Program-made: the position numbers and the translations under genes
Part shown: piece after piece, positions 12,301-25,396 of the stretch
Position numbering within the stretch: the stretch's first letter is position 1
Layout: each line of letters starts with the position of its first letter
Origin: the human T2T-CHM13v2.0 reference genome, Homo sapiens
Assembly (NCBI RefSeq): GCF_009914755.1
Contig: NC_060925.1
Length of the DNA: 64,000 nucleotides
Strand: one strand, 5' to 3'
The notes under the pieces: model-generated
The model's input: only the letters and a program-made list of their open reading frames with translations
What the model was told of the DNA's origin: nothing
Databases searched by the model: none

Positions 12301-12656
12301 ACTACTCAGCCATAAAACGGAATGAATTCATGGCATTCACAGCAACCTGAATGGGATTGGAGACCATTATTCTAAGTGAAGTAACTCAGGAATGGAAAAC
12401 AAAACGTCATATGTTCTCACTTATAAGTGAGAGCTAAGCTATGAGGATGCAAAGGCATAAGAATGATAAAATGGACTTTGCGGACTTGGGGAGAAAGGGT
12501 GGGAAGGGGGTAAGGAATAAAGGACAACAAATTAGGTTCAGTGTATACTGCTCAGGTGATGAGTGCACCAAAATCTCACAAATCACCACTAAAGAACTGA
12601 CTCATGTAACCAAATACCACCTGTTCCCCAAAAACTTATGGAAATAAGTTTTTTAA
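12301..12656 (+). mobile_element. 5'-truncated L1PB (PB1-like) 3' end
   Basis: GAGCTAAGCTATGAGGATGCAAAGGCATAAGAATGAT...AAATCACCACTAAAGAACT; TSD AAAAGTTCATT at 12290-12300 and 12657-12667. Confidence 0.85.
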
Positions 12657-13466
12657 AAAAGTTCATTTCAAATGGCAATAATTTATTGAGACCTTTCTAG
12701 ATTCTAGGAACTGTGCTAAGGGCTATGAGGGATTCACAGATGTCAAATAAGGAAGGGACTTTGAATGAAATAAGCTTACAAATCAGATGAGAACATAAAC
12801 ATTCATATACATAATTCTAGGACATAGGAAAGAGTAATAAGGTTTAAAATGCTATAAAGAGGCACATATATACAACCTGAGAGGGTGAAAGTGCCAGCTA
12901 CTTCCTGCCACATTATAAGTTCTCAATAAATATTTATTTAGTGGATACATGGATGATGAATAAGTATCTCTGGTCATATCCCTTAAATACAATTATTGAA
13001 TAAACTATTGTTGAGCAGGGGGAAAAGACTGGGGACTATAAGAATACTATTTGAATAATTTTGCCCTTCATCTATGCTACAGGCCTGTGTAATCCAGATA
13101 TATCAGAAAGAGATGTTTCTGAATGATTTTTCTAATATTCTTTCTGGAGGATATTTTATAATGAAATGCTGTGTTGCTATCTCATTAGTTATCAATATTA
13201 GGCTCACTCTAGCTCTCTACCCACAATATACAACCAGGAAGCATGATTCCCAGAAAGTTGCAGCATTACACAAAAGCAGATGGAGGATCCAATCTGGATA
13301 CTACAGAGTCTGCTAGTAAAAGAGAAGCCAAATAATGTCTGCTGCTGAGAAATGCTAGAGAACAGTATTTTCCTCTAGGGCAGCCCATATGACTTCTAGA
13401 ATTTCATTCCTCCCCCCTACCCCTAAATGTAAAATAATTCTACTTCCAAAAAGTGAGGCTATAAAA

Positions 13467-16400
13467 ACTTCTGCTTCCATCCAAGATGGAATAATAGGGT
13501 CTATGTTTAACTTCAAACAACCAAAAAAAAAAAAAAAAGGACCATCTATAGGTAACAATGGTTTGTAAGACACTGCATATCTGGCAATGAAGAAGAGTAA
13601 TCCTTGAGACACAGGAAACAAATGAAGTGAGTACTATGATTGCCCCAGCACAGTTTCTTGAGAAAGTTTGCAGGCCATGGTTTAAGGGCTGGGAGAAGGG
13701 GGCCCATATGGAGCCCAGTGAAGTCCTTGAGCTGAGGAGAGGAGAGGAGAGGAGAGGTTGTGGGAGACCATGGAAGTTCACACTGGCAGAATAGAGTACC
13801 AGAAAGGAAAGAGCTTCAAAGAGAACCCTGGAGCTCTGTAGCGATTTCCCCTTGAGAATTGAACTGAATACTGATCAGCCCATGCATACGAAAAAACTAA
13901 CCATAGCTGGGAAGAATGATTTCAAATGATTACAGGTAACAATGTCTGGTGATAAGACAATGCAAGAAACTAGAATGAAAAACCAGATTAATGGGGTATT
14001 TGGTATATTTCCCAAAAGGTATTTAACTCATAATAGGGAACAATTAGTTATAGGAAAACATTTCTAATTCTGCCTTACAAATCTTAACAACAAAACTTTA
14101 AAGGATCAAATTATTTCCAGGTAACATAAAAACAACCCAGAACAGAATTCAAGGATATTAATTGAAATACAAAAATATGCAGTGCCCCACAAAGTAAAAT
14201 GTAAAGTGTCCAACATCTAATCAAAAATTTTCATGAGGCAAAGAAGCAAGAAATACAACTCATGAGATAAATTAGTAAAATTGAAGCTGACTTGGAACTG
14301 ACAGAGATGTTAGAATTAGCAGACAAGGACACTGAAACAATTATTATAACTGTGTTATGTATGTTCAAAACATTAAGAAGAGACATAGAAGACATTAAAA
14401 TTACCCAAATTGAGCTACTAGAGATGAAAATTACGAAGTGTGAGATGAAAAATAAACTGGGTGAGATTAATAGCAGATTAGATTTTACAGAAGAAAAGAC
14501 TAGTGATTTTAAAACATACATAGTAAATAGAAAACATGCAAAAAACAAAATTAAAAAATATGAATAGAGCATCAGTGATCTTTGGGCCAACTTTATGAAG
14601 CCAAACTAAAGTGCGACTTGAATTTTTTAAGGTGGAGGGACAGAAAAAATATTTTTAAAATAATGGTTGAAAAATTTCCAAAGTTGATAAAAACTATAAG
14701 CTCACCCAGGAAGCTAAATGAACCACAAACGCAAGAAAATGAACCACACAAACACAAGAAACAGAGGTAGATATACACCAAGGGATAGCATATAATTGCT
14801 CAAAGTCAGTGATATAAGAAAATCTCAAAAGCATCTAGAGAAAAGAAGACATAATACATACAGAGTGTGGTGTGCACAACAATTTCTTCCTAAAGATATC
14901 CATGTCCTAACCCTTGGAACCTATAAATGTTAGGTTTCATGGCAAGAAAGAATCAAGGGAGAAGAGAAAGTTAAGTTTGCTAATCAGCTAAATTTAAGAC
15001 AGAGAGGTTATTTGGGTTGATTTGAGTGAGCCCAATGTAATCACAAGAGTTCTTAGAAGTGGAAGAGGGAGGCAAAAGAGAGGACCAGAGATGGCAGTGT
15101 GAGAAGGACATGGCCTAATGTTGCTGATTTTGAAGACAAAAGAGGGGACCAGGAGCCAAAAATGTGAAAGGTTTCTACAATCTGGGAAAGGTAAAAAAAA
15201 AAAAAAAAAAAAAAGTTTCCCCCTAGGGCTTCCAGAAAAGAATGTAGCTCATGAGTCCATTTCAGATTTCTGACCTCCAGAACTGAAAGGAAGTAAATTT
15301 GTACTGTTTTAAGCTACTAAGATTCTTGTAATTTGTTACCGCAGCAAATAAAAAGTCAATAGACAAAGTAACAAATAAAAGAATGACAGCTGATTTCTTA
15401 TTGGAAGCATTGCAAGAGAGAAGATGGCTTAACATCTTTAAAGTACTAAATTTTTTAAAATGTGAAACTTTTTTTTTAAATGATGGTTAAGTAAAGTTTC
15501 TTTCAGATGTACAAAAGCTGAAAGACACAGTAGATAAATGTTTAAGGAGGTCCTTCAGGCAAAAGGAAAATGACCCCAGATAGAAATATGAATTTACACA
15601 CAAAAAAAATGAAAAGCACTGGAAATAACTACATGTGTAAATGTATAGTATTTTTATTATTTAAATATTTGTTAAAGATAAAGTTTTAAATCAAAGAAAT
15701 AATGTATTTTTACAACATCTGTAAAAGTAAAATTTATGACAAGAGACTTACAGTAGTACAATTTTCATTTCTCATTTCAGGAGGGGAGAAATGAAAAGTG
15801 TACTACTGTAAGTCTATTGTAAGTAAATAGACTTACTAGTGTAAGTCTACTGTAAGTCTCCCCTCCTGAAATGAGGGGAGAAATGAAAGTGTAGTATTAT
15901 AAGTGTCTTATATCCTGTTAGAAGTGGTTTATCACTTGAAAATAGACAAAGAATAAGTTAAAGACATACATGACAAACCCTAAGGCAACCACTACAATAA
16001 CAAAGCAAAGAGTTATAGTGAATAAACCAATAAAAAACTAAATGGAATTGTAAAAATACTAACTTAATCCAAAGGAAGGCAGAAAAAAGAAGAAAATGAA
16101 AAACAGATGGGAAACAGAAAACACTAGCAACATGATACATTAAAACTAGACATTTCAAGAATTATATTAAATGGTCTAAATACACCAATTAAAAGGAGAG
16201 ACTGTCAGATTAAAATGAAATTTAAGGCTCAACTTTATGCTGCTTATAAGAAACACATTTCAAATATAAAGACAGAAGTAGATTTAAAATAAAAGGAGGA
16301 AAAATATGCAACGCTGATAATAGTTTTTAAAAAGCTGAAGTGGTAATACTAATATTAAAGAAAATAGATTGCAAAGTAAAGATTACTAGGAATGAAAGAA

Positions 16401-17677
16401 GTTAATTTATAATGCTAAAGGGGTCATTTCATCCAGTAGAAATAATCATAGAGGTTTATGCACCATGTGACAGAATTTCAAAACACATAAAACAAAAATG
16501 GATAGAACTGCAAGAATAAATAAGCATATTCACAATTATTGTTGGATATTTCTATACTCCTCTCACATTTGTTGATAAAACTGACAGGAAATCAGTAAGG
16601 ATATTGCAGACTTGAATACCTCCCTCATTATTTGACGTAGTTGAAGACCATAGAAGATTAAACAATAATAGAAGAGATATTTTCAGATGAACAAGCAATA
16701 TTTATCAAAATAGACAATACTGTGGGCCATTAAAAAGCCTCAAGAAATTAAAAAATATTCAGCTAACACAAAGTATGTTCTTTCATTACAATGAAATGAA
16801 ATTAAAAGCCAGTAACAAAAAGATTTATGGAAAATCACTCAAATAATTGGAAACTAAATAATATGCTTCTAAATAACACAAGTCAAAGAAGAAATCAAAA
16901 GGGAAATTAAAATGTATTTTGAGATTAATGAAAATGAAAAGACTATATATAATTTGTGAGATGCCATAATTTTATAGCATTAATGTCAACATTAGAAGAG
17001 GGGAAAAGCTTCAAATCAATGACCTCAGCTTCCATCTTAGATAACTAGAGAAAGAAGAACAAATTAAATCTGAAGGAAGCAGAAGAAAGTAAATTTCAGA
17101 TAAGAAATTAATGAAATAGAAAATAGGAAAAAAATCAATAAAATGAAAAGCTGGTTCTTTGAGATGAAGTGATAAATCTCAAGCTTGACAGATTAGGAAA
17201 AGAAAAAGAAAAGATACAAACAAGTAGTATCAATAATTAGATAGAAGACATTACTACATACTCTAGTAATATTAAAAACCTAATAAGGGAATATTATAAA
17301 TAAATTTATCTCAATACATTTGACCACTTAGATTAAATTTGTAGTTAAAACCTTCCCATAAAGAAAACCCCAAGCTCACATGGCTTCACTGGTTAAGTAA
17401 TACAAATACTATACAAACTGTTCCAGAAAATTGAAAAGGATGGACTACTTCCCAAGTCATTCTATGAGGTTATTACTAAATTGATGTTAAAATCAGGTAA
17501 AAACATTACAAAAAGTGAACTATCAATTACTATCCTCATAAATATTAATGCAAAAGTTATAAATAAAATTTTAGCAAATTAAATCCATCAGTATGTAGAA
17601 ATAATAATACATCATGATCAAGTGAAATTTTTTCAGGAATGTGAGATTAGTTCATCATGCAAAAGTCAATTAACATA
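13467..17677 (+). mobile_element. Ancient L1M 5' portion (5'UTR, ORF1, ORF2 N-half); resumes at ~32009-32190
   Basis: CAAGATGGAATAA start, ORF1-like peptide ELTEMLELADKD (14292-14567), ORF2 endonuclease remnants; same family as 60613-63274. Confidence 0.75.
14866..15363 (+). mobile_element. MLT1D-like MaLR LTR nested in L1 ORF1
   Basis: AAAGATATCCATGTCCTAACCCTTGGAACC...GCCCAATGTAATCACAAGAG...TTTTAAGCTACTAAG. Confidence 0.75.
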
Positions 17678-17679
17678 GA

Positions 17680-20600
17680 ATTATGGGAAGATGCAGAGTA
17701 GGAATGACCAGAAATCTGTCTTCCCACCTAGACAACAATTACACTGGTAGAATCTGTCTGATGTAAAAATGTTGAAACTGAAGTCTATTGAAGGCATGTA
17801 ACTTCCAAAGGAAGCTTTAGACAATAAATTACAATTAATTTCAGCTAGTTTCAGCTCTTAGCAAATTAGTAGCTACTCCTAATTCTCCACTCCTCATTCC
17901 TGTAGGAGACAGCTGTGCATGTTTTCCTGGAGTAGCTTGCACAGTTTGTGGGAGCCAAGGTGGGCAAAAGTACAATGTCCTTCCAACAGTGAAGATCTGT
18001 GTTCTCATCTTAGAGATATAGACAAAGAGATGACAGCCAATGTTGTTACACCTCCCCACTACATTGTTTCAAGACCCTCCTCCTCTGGCTGAAATGACTT
18101 TCATAGTATTTAATGATCTAGTGCTTTGCTTTGCCACCTCCTTTATTTGCAGTGCCCCCTTCTCTATTTTTTCTTTTCCCTGACAGGGACCCAGATATTG
18201 AAGACTAGGTCATTCAAAAGCAACCATACATATGAGGCATAAGTAGAAAGTCACCATGCCTCCCAAAGACAGATATCCCAAAGGATTAGCAAAAAAGCCT
18301 TAAGTTTATACCTCAGGCTGAACTATGGCCAGAGACTGCCTACAATAACTAAAAACAAAAACAGCAAACACTGGCAAAGAAAGATAATTAAATTTCCAGA
18401 GTTACCACATTGTTAGATTCAAATATTCAGTGTTCAACAGCAGAAAATCACAAGGCATACAAAGAAATAGGAAAGTATAGCCCTTTCAAAGGAAAAAAAT
18501 ATCAACAGAAACTGTCCCTGTCAAAAGACCTGATGATGGATTTTGTAGGCAAAAACAGCTAGCTTAAAAATGCTCAAAGAACTAGAGGAAGATGTGGAGA
18601 AGTAGAGAAAGTCAATAAAATTATGTATGAACAAAATGCAAATATTAGAGATAGAAAACATAAGAAACCAAAAGGAAATTCTGAAGCTAAATCAATAAAA
18701 TTATGTATGAACAAAATGGAAATATTAGAGACAGAAAATGTAATAGGAAACCGAAAGGAAATTCTGGAGCTAAAAAGTACAATAACTGAAATGAAAAATT
18801 TACTAGAAGAGGTCCATAGGCATATTTGAACAGGCAGAGAAAAGGATCAGCAAACCTAAAGTTGGAACAGTAGAAATTACTTAGTCTGAGCAACAGGAAA
18901 GCAAAAAAGACAGAAGGAAAGTGAACAGAGGCTAAGGGACCTGTAGGCCAACATTAAGCAGACCAATTTACTAATAATAAGTTCCAGGAAGAAGAGAGAG
19001 AAAGAGCCAAAGGGGCATACAGAATAGTTGAAGTGGTAGGTGAAACTTCAAGCCTGATGAAAGATATAAACACCCAAGAAACTCAACCAACTCTAAGTAC
19101 AATGAAGATAAAAAGCCCTATGGTGAGACACATGATGATCAAACTGCTGAAAGACAAAGAACCATGAAAGCAGAAAGAGAGAAGTGACTCCTCACATATA
19201 ACAGATCTTCAATACATTATTAGTAGATTTTTCATCAGAAATTTTGGAGGATAGAAGGCAGTGGGCTGATATATTCAGAGAGCTAAAAGGAAAAAAAAAA
19301 TCTGTCAACCAAGAATTCTATATCCAGCAGAACTTTATTTCAAAAGTGAAGGAGAAATTAAAACATTCCCAGATGAACAAAAGCTGAGAGTTCATTATCA
19401 CAAGACTTGCCTTGGGATAAATGCCAAAGGGAATCCTGCAGGCTGAAATGAAAGAACACAACACAATAACTTGAAGTGATGAAAAGAAATAACTATCACA
19501 GCAAAGGCAAATCATGGGCAATTATAAAAGCTAGTATTATTGAAGCAATGCTGTGTAACTCTACTCTTTGTTTTCTACATGATTTAAGAGACTAATATAT
19601 ATTTTTAAATAGTCTAAAAGCTAATATTATTAAGTTTATAACTTTATATTATCTAACTTATGAAACTAATGCATTTAAAATTCGACTAATTTATGTTTCT
19701 GAACACACAATGTATAAAGATGTAATTGTATAAAATCAACAACTGAGGGGGTGAGAACAGAGCTGTTAAAAAAGAAAAGTTTTCATATGCTATTGAAGTT
19801 AAACCGGTATAAATTAAAATTAAAGTATTACAACCTTAGGATTTTAAGTGTAATCCTCATGGCAATCATAAAGAAAATGGTTAAACAACATACAAAAAAG
19901 AAAATAAGAAATAATTTAAATGTTTCACTACAAAAATTCAACTAAACACAAAAGAAGATAGTAATGCAGGAAACTAGGGACAAAAATGCTATAAGCCATA
20001 AAGAAAAAGTAGCAAAATGACAGAAGTTCCTCATATCAGCAATTACTTTAAATGTAAATAGATTAAACTATACAATCAAAAAGACAGAGATTGTCAGAAT
20101 AAAAAAAAAAATCCAACCATATGCTATCCACATAAGGATATCCATATCGCTGAAAGTGATAAAATAGAAAAGAATATTGTATGCAAATAGTAACCAAAAG
20201 AAAGCAAGGATGGCTATACTAATATCAGGCAAAATATACTTTAAATCAAAAAAAGACAGGATAAGGAAAGATATTGTATATAATATTTAATCCAGCAAGA
20301 AAATATAACATATTTCATAATAGATATAACAATATATCTATTATAAACATTTATGCACCTAATAACTGACCATCAAATATGTGAAGCAAAAATTGACATT
20401 ATGGAGATTAAACAACACACACTTAGAAAACGAATGAATCAAAGAAGAAATCATGAGGGAAATTAGAAAATACTTAGTGATGAACAAAAATAAGACTGCA
20501 ACATACCAATACTTACAGGAGGCAGCAAAAGCAGTGCTAAGGGAAAAATTTATAGCTATAAATGCTTACATTAAAAAAGCCAGAAATATCTCAAATCAAT

Positions 20601-21065
20601 AATCTATCTTTACAATGAAAGCACCTAGGGAAAGGACAACAAACTAAACCCAAAACTAGCAGAAGAAAGTAAATAATTAAGATTAGAGCAGAGATAGAGT
20701 GGAAAAAAAGAGAGAGAGAGAACAGAAAAATAAGAGAAAAAATATCAACAAAACCAAAAGTGAGTTCTTCAAAATGATCAGTAAAATGGACAATCCTTTA
20801 ACTAGATGAACTAAGAAAAAAGAGAGAGAAGATTCAAATTACTGAAACTGGAAATGAAAGTGAAGACATTACTGTTAATTCTACACGAAGAAAAAGAATC
20901 AGAAGATAGTACTATGAGCAACTGGATGCCACCAAGTTGGATAACTTACATAAAATAGACAAATTTGAGGAAACGCAAAACCTACCAAGATGAAACTTCA
21001 AAGAAATAGAAAATCTGGATAGACCTATAACTAGTAAGGAGTTAAATAAGTAACTAAGAAATCTT
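17680..21065 (+). mobile_element. L1MB-type element, 5' part (5'UTR, ORF1, ORF2 start); 3' part at 30086-31995
   Basis: GGGAAGATG start, ORF1 coiled-coil peptide EILELKSTITEMKN, ORF2 remnants up to the IKNLP-equivalent region. Confidence 0.7.
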
Positions 21066-21704
21066 CCCTCAGAGAAGGTCGAGAAGGCAAATGAAACACT
21101 CAAGAGGCATTTAAGGAAACTAACACAAGAAACTCATCTCCCATGGCCTACTCTTTTGCCCATGGCCCTGTTGAGAATCCAAGATTCTTCTCACAAAATA
21201 GGGCTCACTCCATATGAAATGCTGTATGGACCACCTTTTCTCACAAATGACCTCCTACTTGATCAGGAAATGGCCAACTTGGTCAAAGATATAACTCATT
21301 TGGCATAATATCAACAAAACCTTAAAAACCTACCTGAAGGATGTCACAGAGAAAAGAGAACAGAGTTGTTTCAACCAGGAGATCTAGTGTTGGTGAAATC
21401 TCTCCCCTCTACCTCCCCATCTATGGACTCTTTGTGGGAAGGACCATACTTGGTAATCCTCTCTACTCCCACTGCAGTTAAGGTGGCAGGAGTGGAATCT
21501 TGGATTCACCACACCCGAGTTAAACTTTGGACATCCCCTGAGGAACCTGCGGGACCATCAGCTCAGGAATCCCAAGATCAGCCAGACCAGCCTCGATACA
21601 CCTGTGAACCGTTAGAGGACTTGCACCTCCTATTTCGGAAGGAAATATTCCAGACTAAAAAGCCCCCTACCACTGATCCTGAGGAAAGACCCCTTCCTCT
21701 TTAA
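21066..21704 (+). pseudogene. HERV9 pol (integrase C-terminal half), disrupted
   Basis: Reads SEKVEKANETLKRHLRKLTQETHLPW...LTPYEMLYG, then an in-frame TAA, then FQPGDLVLVK...WEGPY...WIHHTRVK. Confidence 0.9.
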
Positions 21705-21862
21705 AAAAAATAAGTGAAAACAGCATACTAACCATACTCTTTGTGATAGGACTATATACTGTAGCTCCTGCCAGGATGAAAATCCTAATCACATCAACCT
21801 TCTTTCTATCTTCCTTCCTTTTGACAGCAATTTACTCCTACCTCTAACTCAGACTAGATAAA

Positions 21863-23640
21863 ATGATCTCATTTTCCAGAGTACCCTCTTTACCTTCCTA
21901 TTTGCTCTTTGCCTATGTATCCCTCCTGCTTCCTTGGATACCTCACACAATCACCCCTCCCCTTCCACTAGCTCCTAATTACCTCTACAAGGCTCTCAAC
22001 TTAACTCGCTCTCTGTTAAACCAGTCCAATCCTTCCCTGGCAAATGACTGTTGGCTTTGTATCTCTATCAACTTCTGCCTACATTGCCACTCCCATTCCT
22101 GCAAAAAACTGGGTCTTTACCAACTTAACCTATCACCCTCATTATGAAGGAAAAAGACCCTTTCTGACTTCTAAATATGCAATCATTAGCTGACTTCCCC
22201 ATATCTGATGGACCAAGAATACCCTAATATGACATGCAATCCAAATTTTACGTTCTTACATTTCCAACCTCACCTATTACACAAGAAATGAAAACCCATA
22301 CAAGGCCCTGTAACCATGAATACTATCTTAACTTTCCAAGCCCCTTTATGCATCCAATGCAACCTGTTATCAGGCCTGCCCCTGGGGCACCTACTACTGC
22401 ATGAGTGTAATTACATCCTACGACTTCAAGCCCCAACTGATCATAGTAACTTCTGAGTCACCCAAACAGCTCCATTCAGATGGCTTGTCTGCTTCTCAGG
22501 GCCCCCCAAAATCATCACCTCCTCCCTGCTTAACAAACAGTCCAGGTTTTCTAATGGCAAACATACCCCCTGCATGACCATTCACCCCTGGACCCCACCC
22601 TCCAGCAGCGCCCCCACCACTAGTGAATGCCTTCTTGCCACTCAGTTTGCTCCCAACACCCCTTTCCAGCCACTCACTGAAGCTACCTTGGCAAGTACTC
22701 TAGGAGTATGGGAAAATGAAAACAACAAACTCACACACCTGTTTAACATGCATAACTAGTTCTGTCTACCCAGCCAAGGTATATTCTTCTTATGTGGAAC
22801 ATCGACCTATATCTGCCTCCCCACTAACTGGACAGGCACCTGCACCTTAGTCTTTCTACGTCCCAACATTAACATTGTCCCTGGAAATCAGACCTTATCA
22901 GTACTCCTCAAAGCTCAAGTCTGTCAGCACAGAGCCATACAACTAATACCCCTACTTATAGGGTTAGGAATAGCTACTGCTACAGAAACAGGAATAGCCA
23001 GTTTATCTACTTCATTTTCCTACTACCACACACTCTCAAAGGATTTCTCAGACAGTTTGCAAGAAATAACAAAATCTATCCTTACTTTACAATCCCAAAT
23101 AGACTCTTTGGCAGCCATGACTCTCCAAAACTGCCAAGGCCTAGACCTCCTCACTGCTGAGAAAGGAGGACTCTGCACCTTTTTAGGGGAAGAGTGTTGT
23201 TTTTACACTAACCAGTCAGGGATAGTATGAGATGCCACCCAGTGTTTACAGGAAAAGGCTTCTGAAATCAGACAATGCCTTTCAAACTCTTATACCAACC
23301 TCTGGAGTTGGGCAACATGGCTTCTCCCCTTTCTAGGTCCCATGGCAGCCATCTTGCTGTTACTCACCTTTGAGCCCTGTATTTTTAGCCTTCTTTTCAA
23401 ATTTGTTTCCTCTAGAATCAAGGCCATCAAGCTACAGATAGTCTTACAAATGGAACTCCAAATGAGTTCAACTAACAACTTCTACCAAGGACCCCTGGAC
23501 TGACCCACTGGCACTTTCACTGGCCTAGAGAGCTCCCCTCTGGAGGACCCTACAACTGCAGGGTCCCTTCATTGCCCCATCCAGCAGGAAGTAGCTAGAG
23601 CGGTCATCGGACAAATTCACAACAGCAGTTGGGGTGTCCT
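21863..23640 (+). pseudogene. HERV9 env, disrupted
   Basis: CWLC motif; fusion peptide AIQLIPLLIGLG (22934); immunosuppressive domain LQNCQGLDLLTAEKGGLC; CX6CC; frameshifts and stops (TAG ending the 22574 ORF, TGA 23228). Confidence 0.9.
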
Positions 23641-23655
23641 ATTTAGAGGGGGGAT

Positions 23656-25396
23656 TGAGAGGTGACAACATGCTGGCAGCCCTCGCTTGCTCTCAGCACC
23701 TCCTTGGCCTCGGCGTCTGCTCTGGCCATGCTTGAGGAGCCCTTCAGCCTGCTGCTACACTGTGGGAGCCCCTCTCTGGGCTGGCCGAGGCTGGAGCCAG
23801 CTCCCTCTGCTTGCGGGGAGGTGTGGAGGGAGAGGCATGGGTGGGAACCAGGGCGGTGCGCAGTGCTTGTGGGACAGGGCGAGTTCTGGGTGGGCATGGG
23901 CTTGGTGGGCCCCGCATTCGGAGCAGCTGGCCAGCACCACCAGCCCCGGGCAGTGAGGGGCTTAGCACCCGGGCCAGCAGCTGCAGAGGGGGCACCAGGT
24001 CTCCCAGCACTGGCAGCCTGCCGGCGCCACGCTTGAATTCTTGCTGGGCTTCAGCCGCCTCCCTGCAGGGCAGGGCTCAGGACCTGCAGCCCGCCATGCC
24101 GGAGCCCCCCGGCGATGGGCTCCCGAATGGCCTGAGCCTTCCCGATGGGTGCCACCCACTGCTTCACAGCGCCTGGTCCCATCAACCGCCCAAGGGCTGA
24201 GGAGTGCAGGCACGTGGTGTGGGACTGGCAGGCAGCTCCGCCTGCGGCCCTGGTGCAGGATCCACTAGGTGAAGCCAGCTGGGCTCCTGAGTTGGGTGGG
24301 GACTTGGAGAAATTTTATGCCTAGCCGGAGGATTATATATGCACACACCAATCAGCACTCTGTGTCTAGCTCAGGGTTCGTGGATGCACCAATCAGCACT
24401 CTGTATCTAGCTAATCTGGTGGGGACTTGGAGAACTTTTATGTCTAACTAAAGGATTGTAAATACACCAATCAGCACTCTGTATCTAGCTCAAGGTTTGT
24501 AAACACACCAGTCAGCACTCTGTGTCTAGCTCAAGGTTTGTAAACATACCAATCAGCACCCTGTGTCTAGCTCAAGGTTTGGAAATGCACCAATCAGTGC
24601 TTTGTGTCCAGCTAATCTAGTGGGGACTTGGAGAACTTTTGTGTCTAGCTAAAGGATTGTAAACACACCGACCAGCACCCTGTATCTAGCTCAAGGTTTG
24701 TAAATGCACCAGTCAGTGCTCTGTGTCTAGCTGATCTAGTGGGGACTTGGAGAACTTTTATGTTTAGCTAGAGGATTGTAAATATACCAGTCAGCACTCT
24801 GTGTCTAGCTCAGGGATTGTAAATGCACCAATCAGCACCCTGTCCAAACAGACCAATCAACTCTCTGTAAAATGGACCAATCGGCTGTCTGTAAAATGTG
24901 CCAATCAGCAGGATGTGGGGGTCAGATAAGGGAATAAAAGCAGACTGCCCGAGCCAGCAGCGGCAACCCGCTTGGGTCCCCTTCCACACTGTGGAAGCTT
25001 TGTTCTTTCGCTCTTTGCAATAAATCTTGCTGCTGCTCACTCTTTGGGTCCACACCGCCTTCATGAGCTGTGACACTCACCATGAAGGTCTGCAGCTTCA
25101 CTTCTGAGGCCAGCGAGACCACAAGACCACCAGGATGAATGAACAACTCCAGACGGGAGGAATGAACAACTCCAGACGCGCCACCTTAAGAGCTGTAACA
25201 CTCACCGCAAAGGTCTGCAGCTTCACTCCTGAAGCCAGCGAGACCCACCAGAAGGAAGAAACTCCGAACACATCCAAACATCAGAAGGAACAAACTCCGG
25301 ACACGCCACCTTTAAGAACTGTAACACTCACCGCAAGGGTCCACAGCTTGGTTCTTAAAGTCAGTGAGATCAAGAACCCACCAATTCCCGGACACA
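23656..25396 (+). mobile_element. LTR12 (ERV9 3' LTR), complete
   Basis: Polypurine tract AGAGGGGGGAT, then TGAGAGGTGACA...; GC-rich U3; tandem CCAATCAGCACTCTGTGTCTAGCT units; ends CCCGGACACA. Confidence 0.95.
24345..24945 (+). promoter_or_regulatory. LTR12 CCAAT-box (NF-Y) enhancer array and core promoter
   Basis: About ten ~41-bp-based units with CCAAT or decayed CCAGT, then GATAAG and the AATAAAAGC TATA-like box at ~24933. Confidence 0.75.

Noticed and set aside
13467-14600. Similarity to 60613-61700 suggesting a segmental duplication
   Set aside because: Low identity confined to L1 sequence; independent copies of the same old L1M family (likewise 26600 vs 63326)
21863-22147. env N-terminal ORF as a domesticated secreted Env
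   Set aside because: Frameshifts just after CWLC, and the upstream LTR promoter and splice donor are deleted
23643-24451. Cluster of overlapping GC-rich ORFs
   Set aside because: By-product of the GC-rich LTR12 U3; no recognisable protein
24345-24910. Regularly spaced ~41-bp repeats resembling a CRISPR array
   Set aside because: No unique spacers and no cas genes; these are the standard LTR12 U3 enhancer repeats
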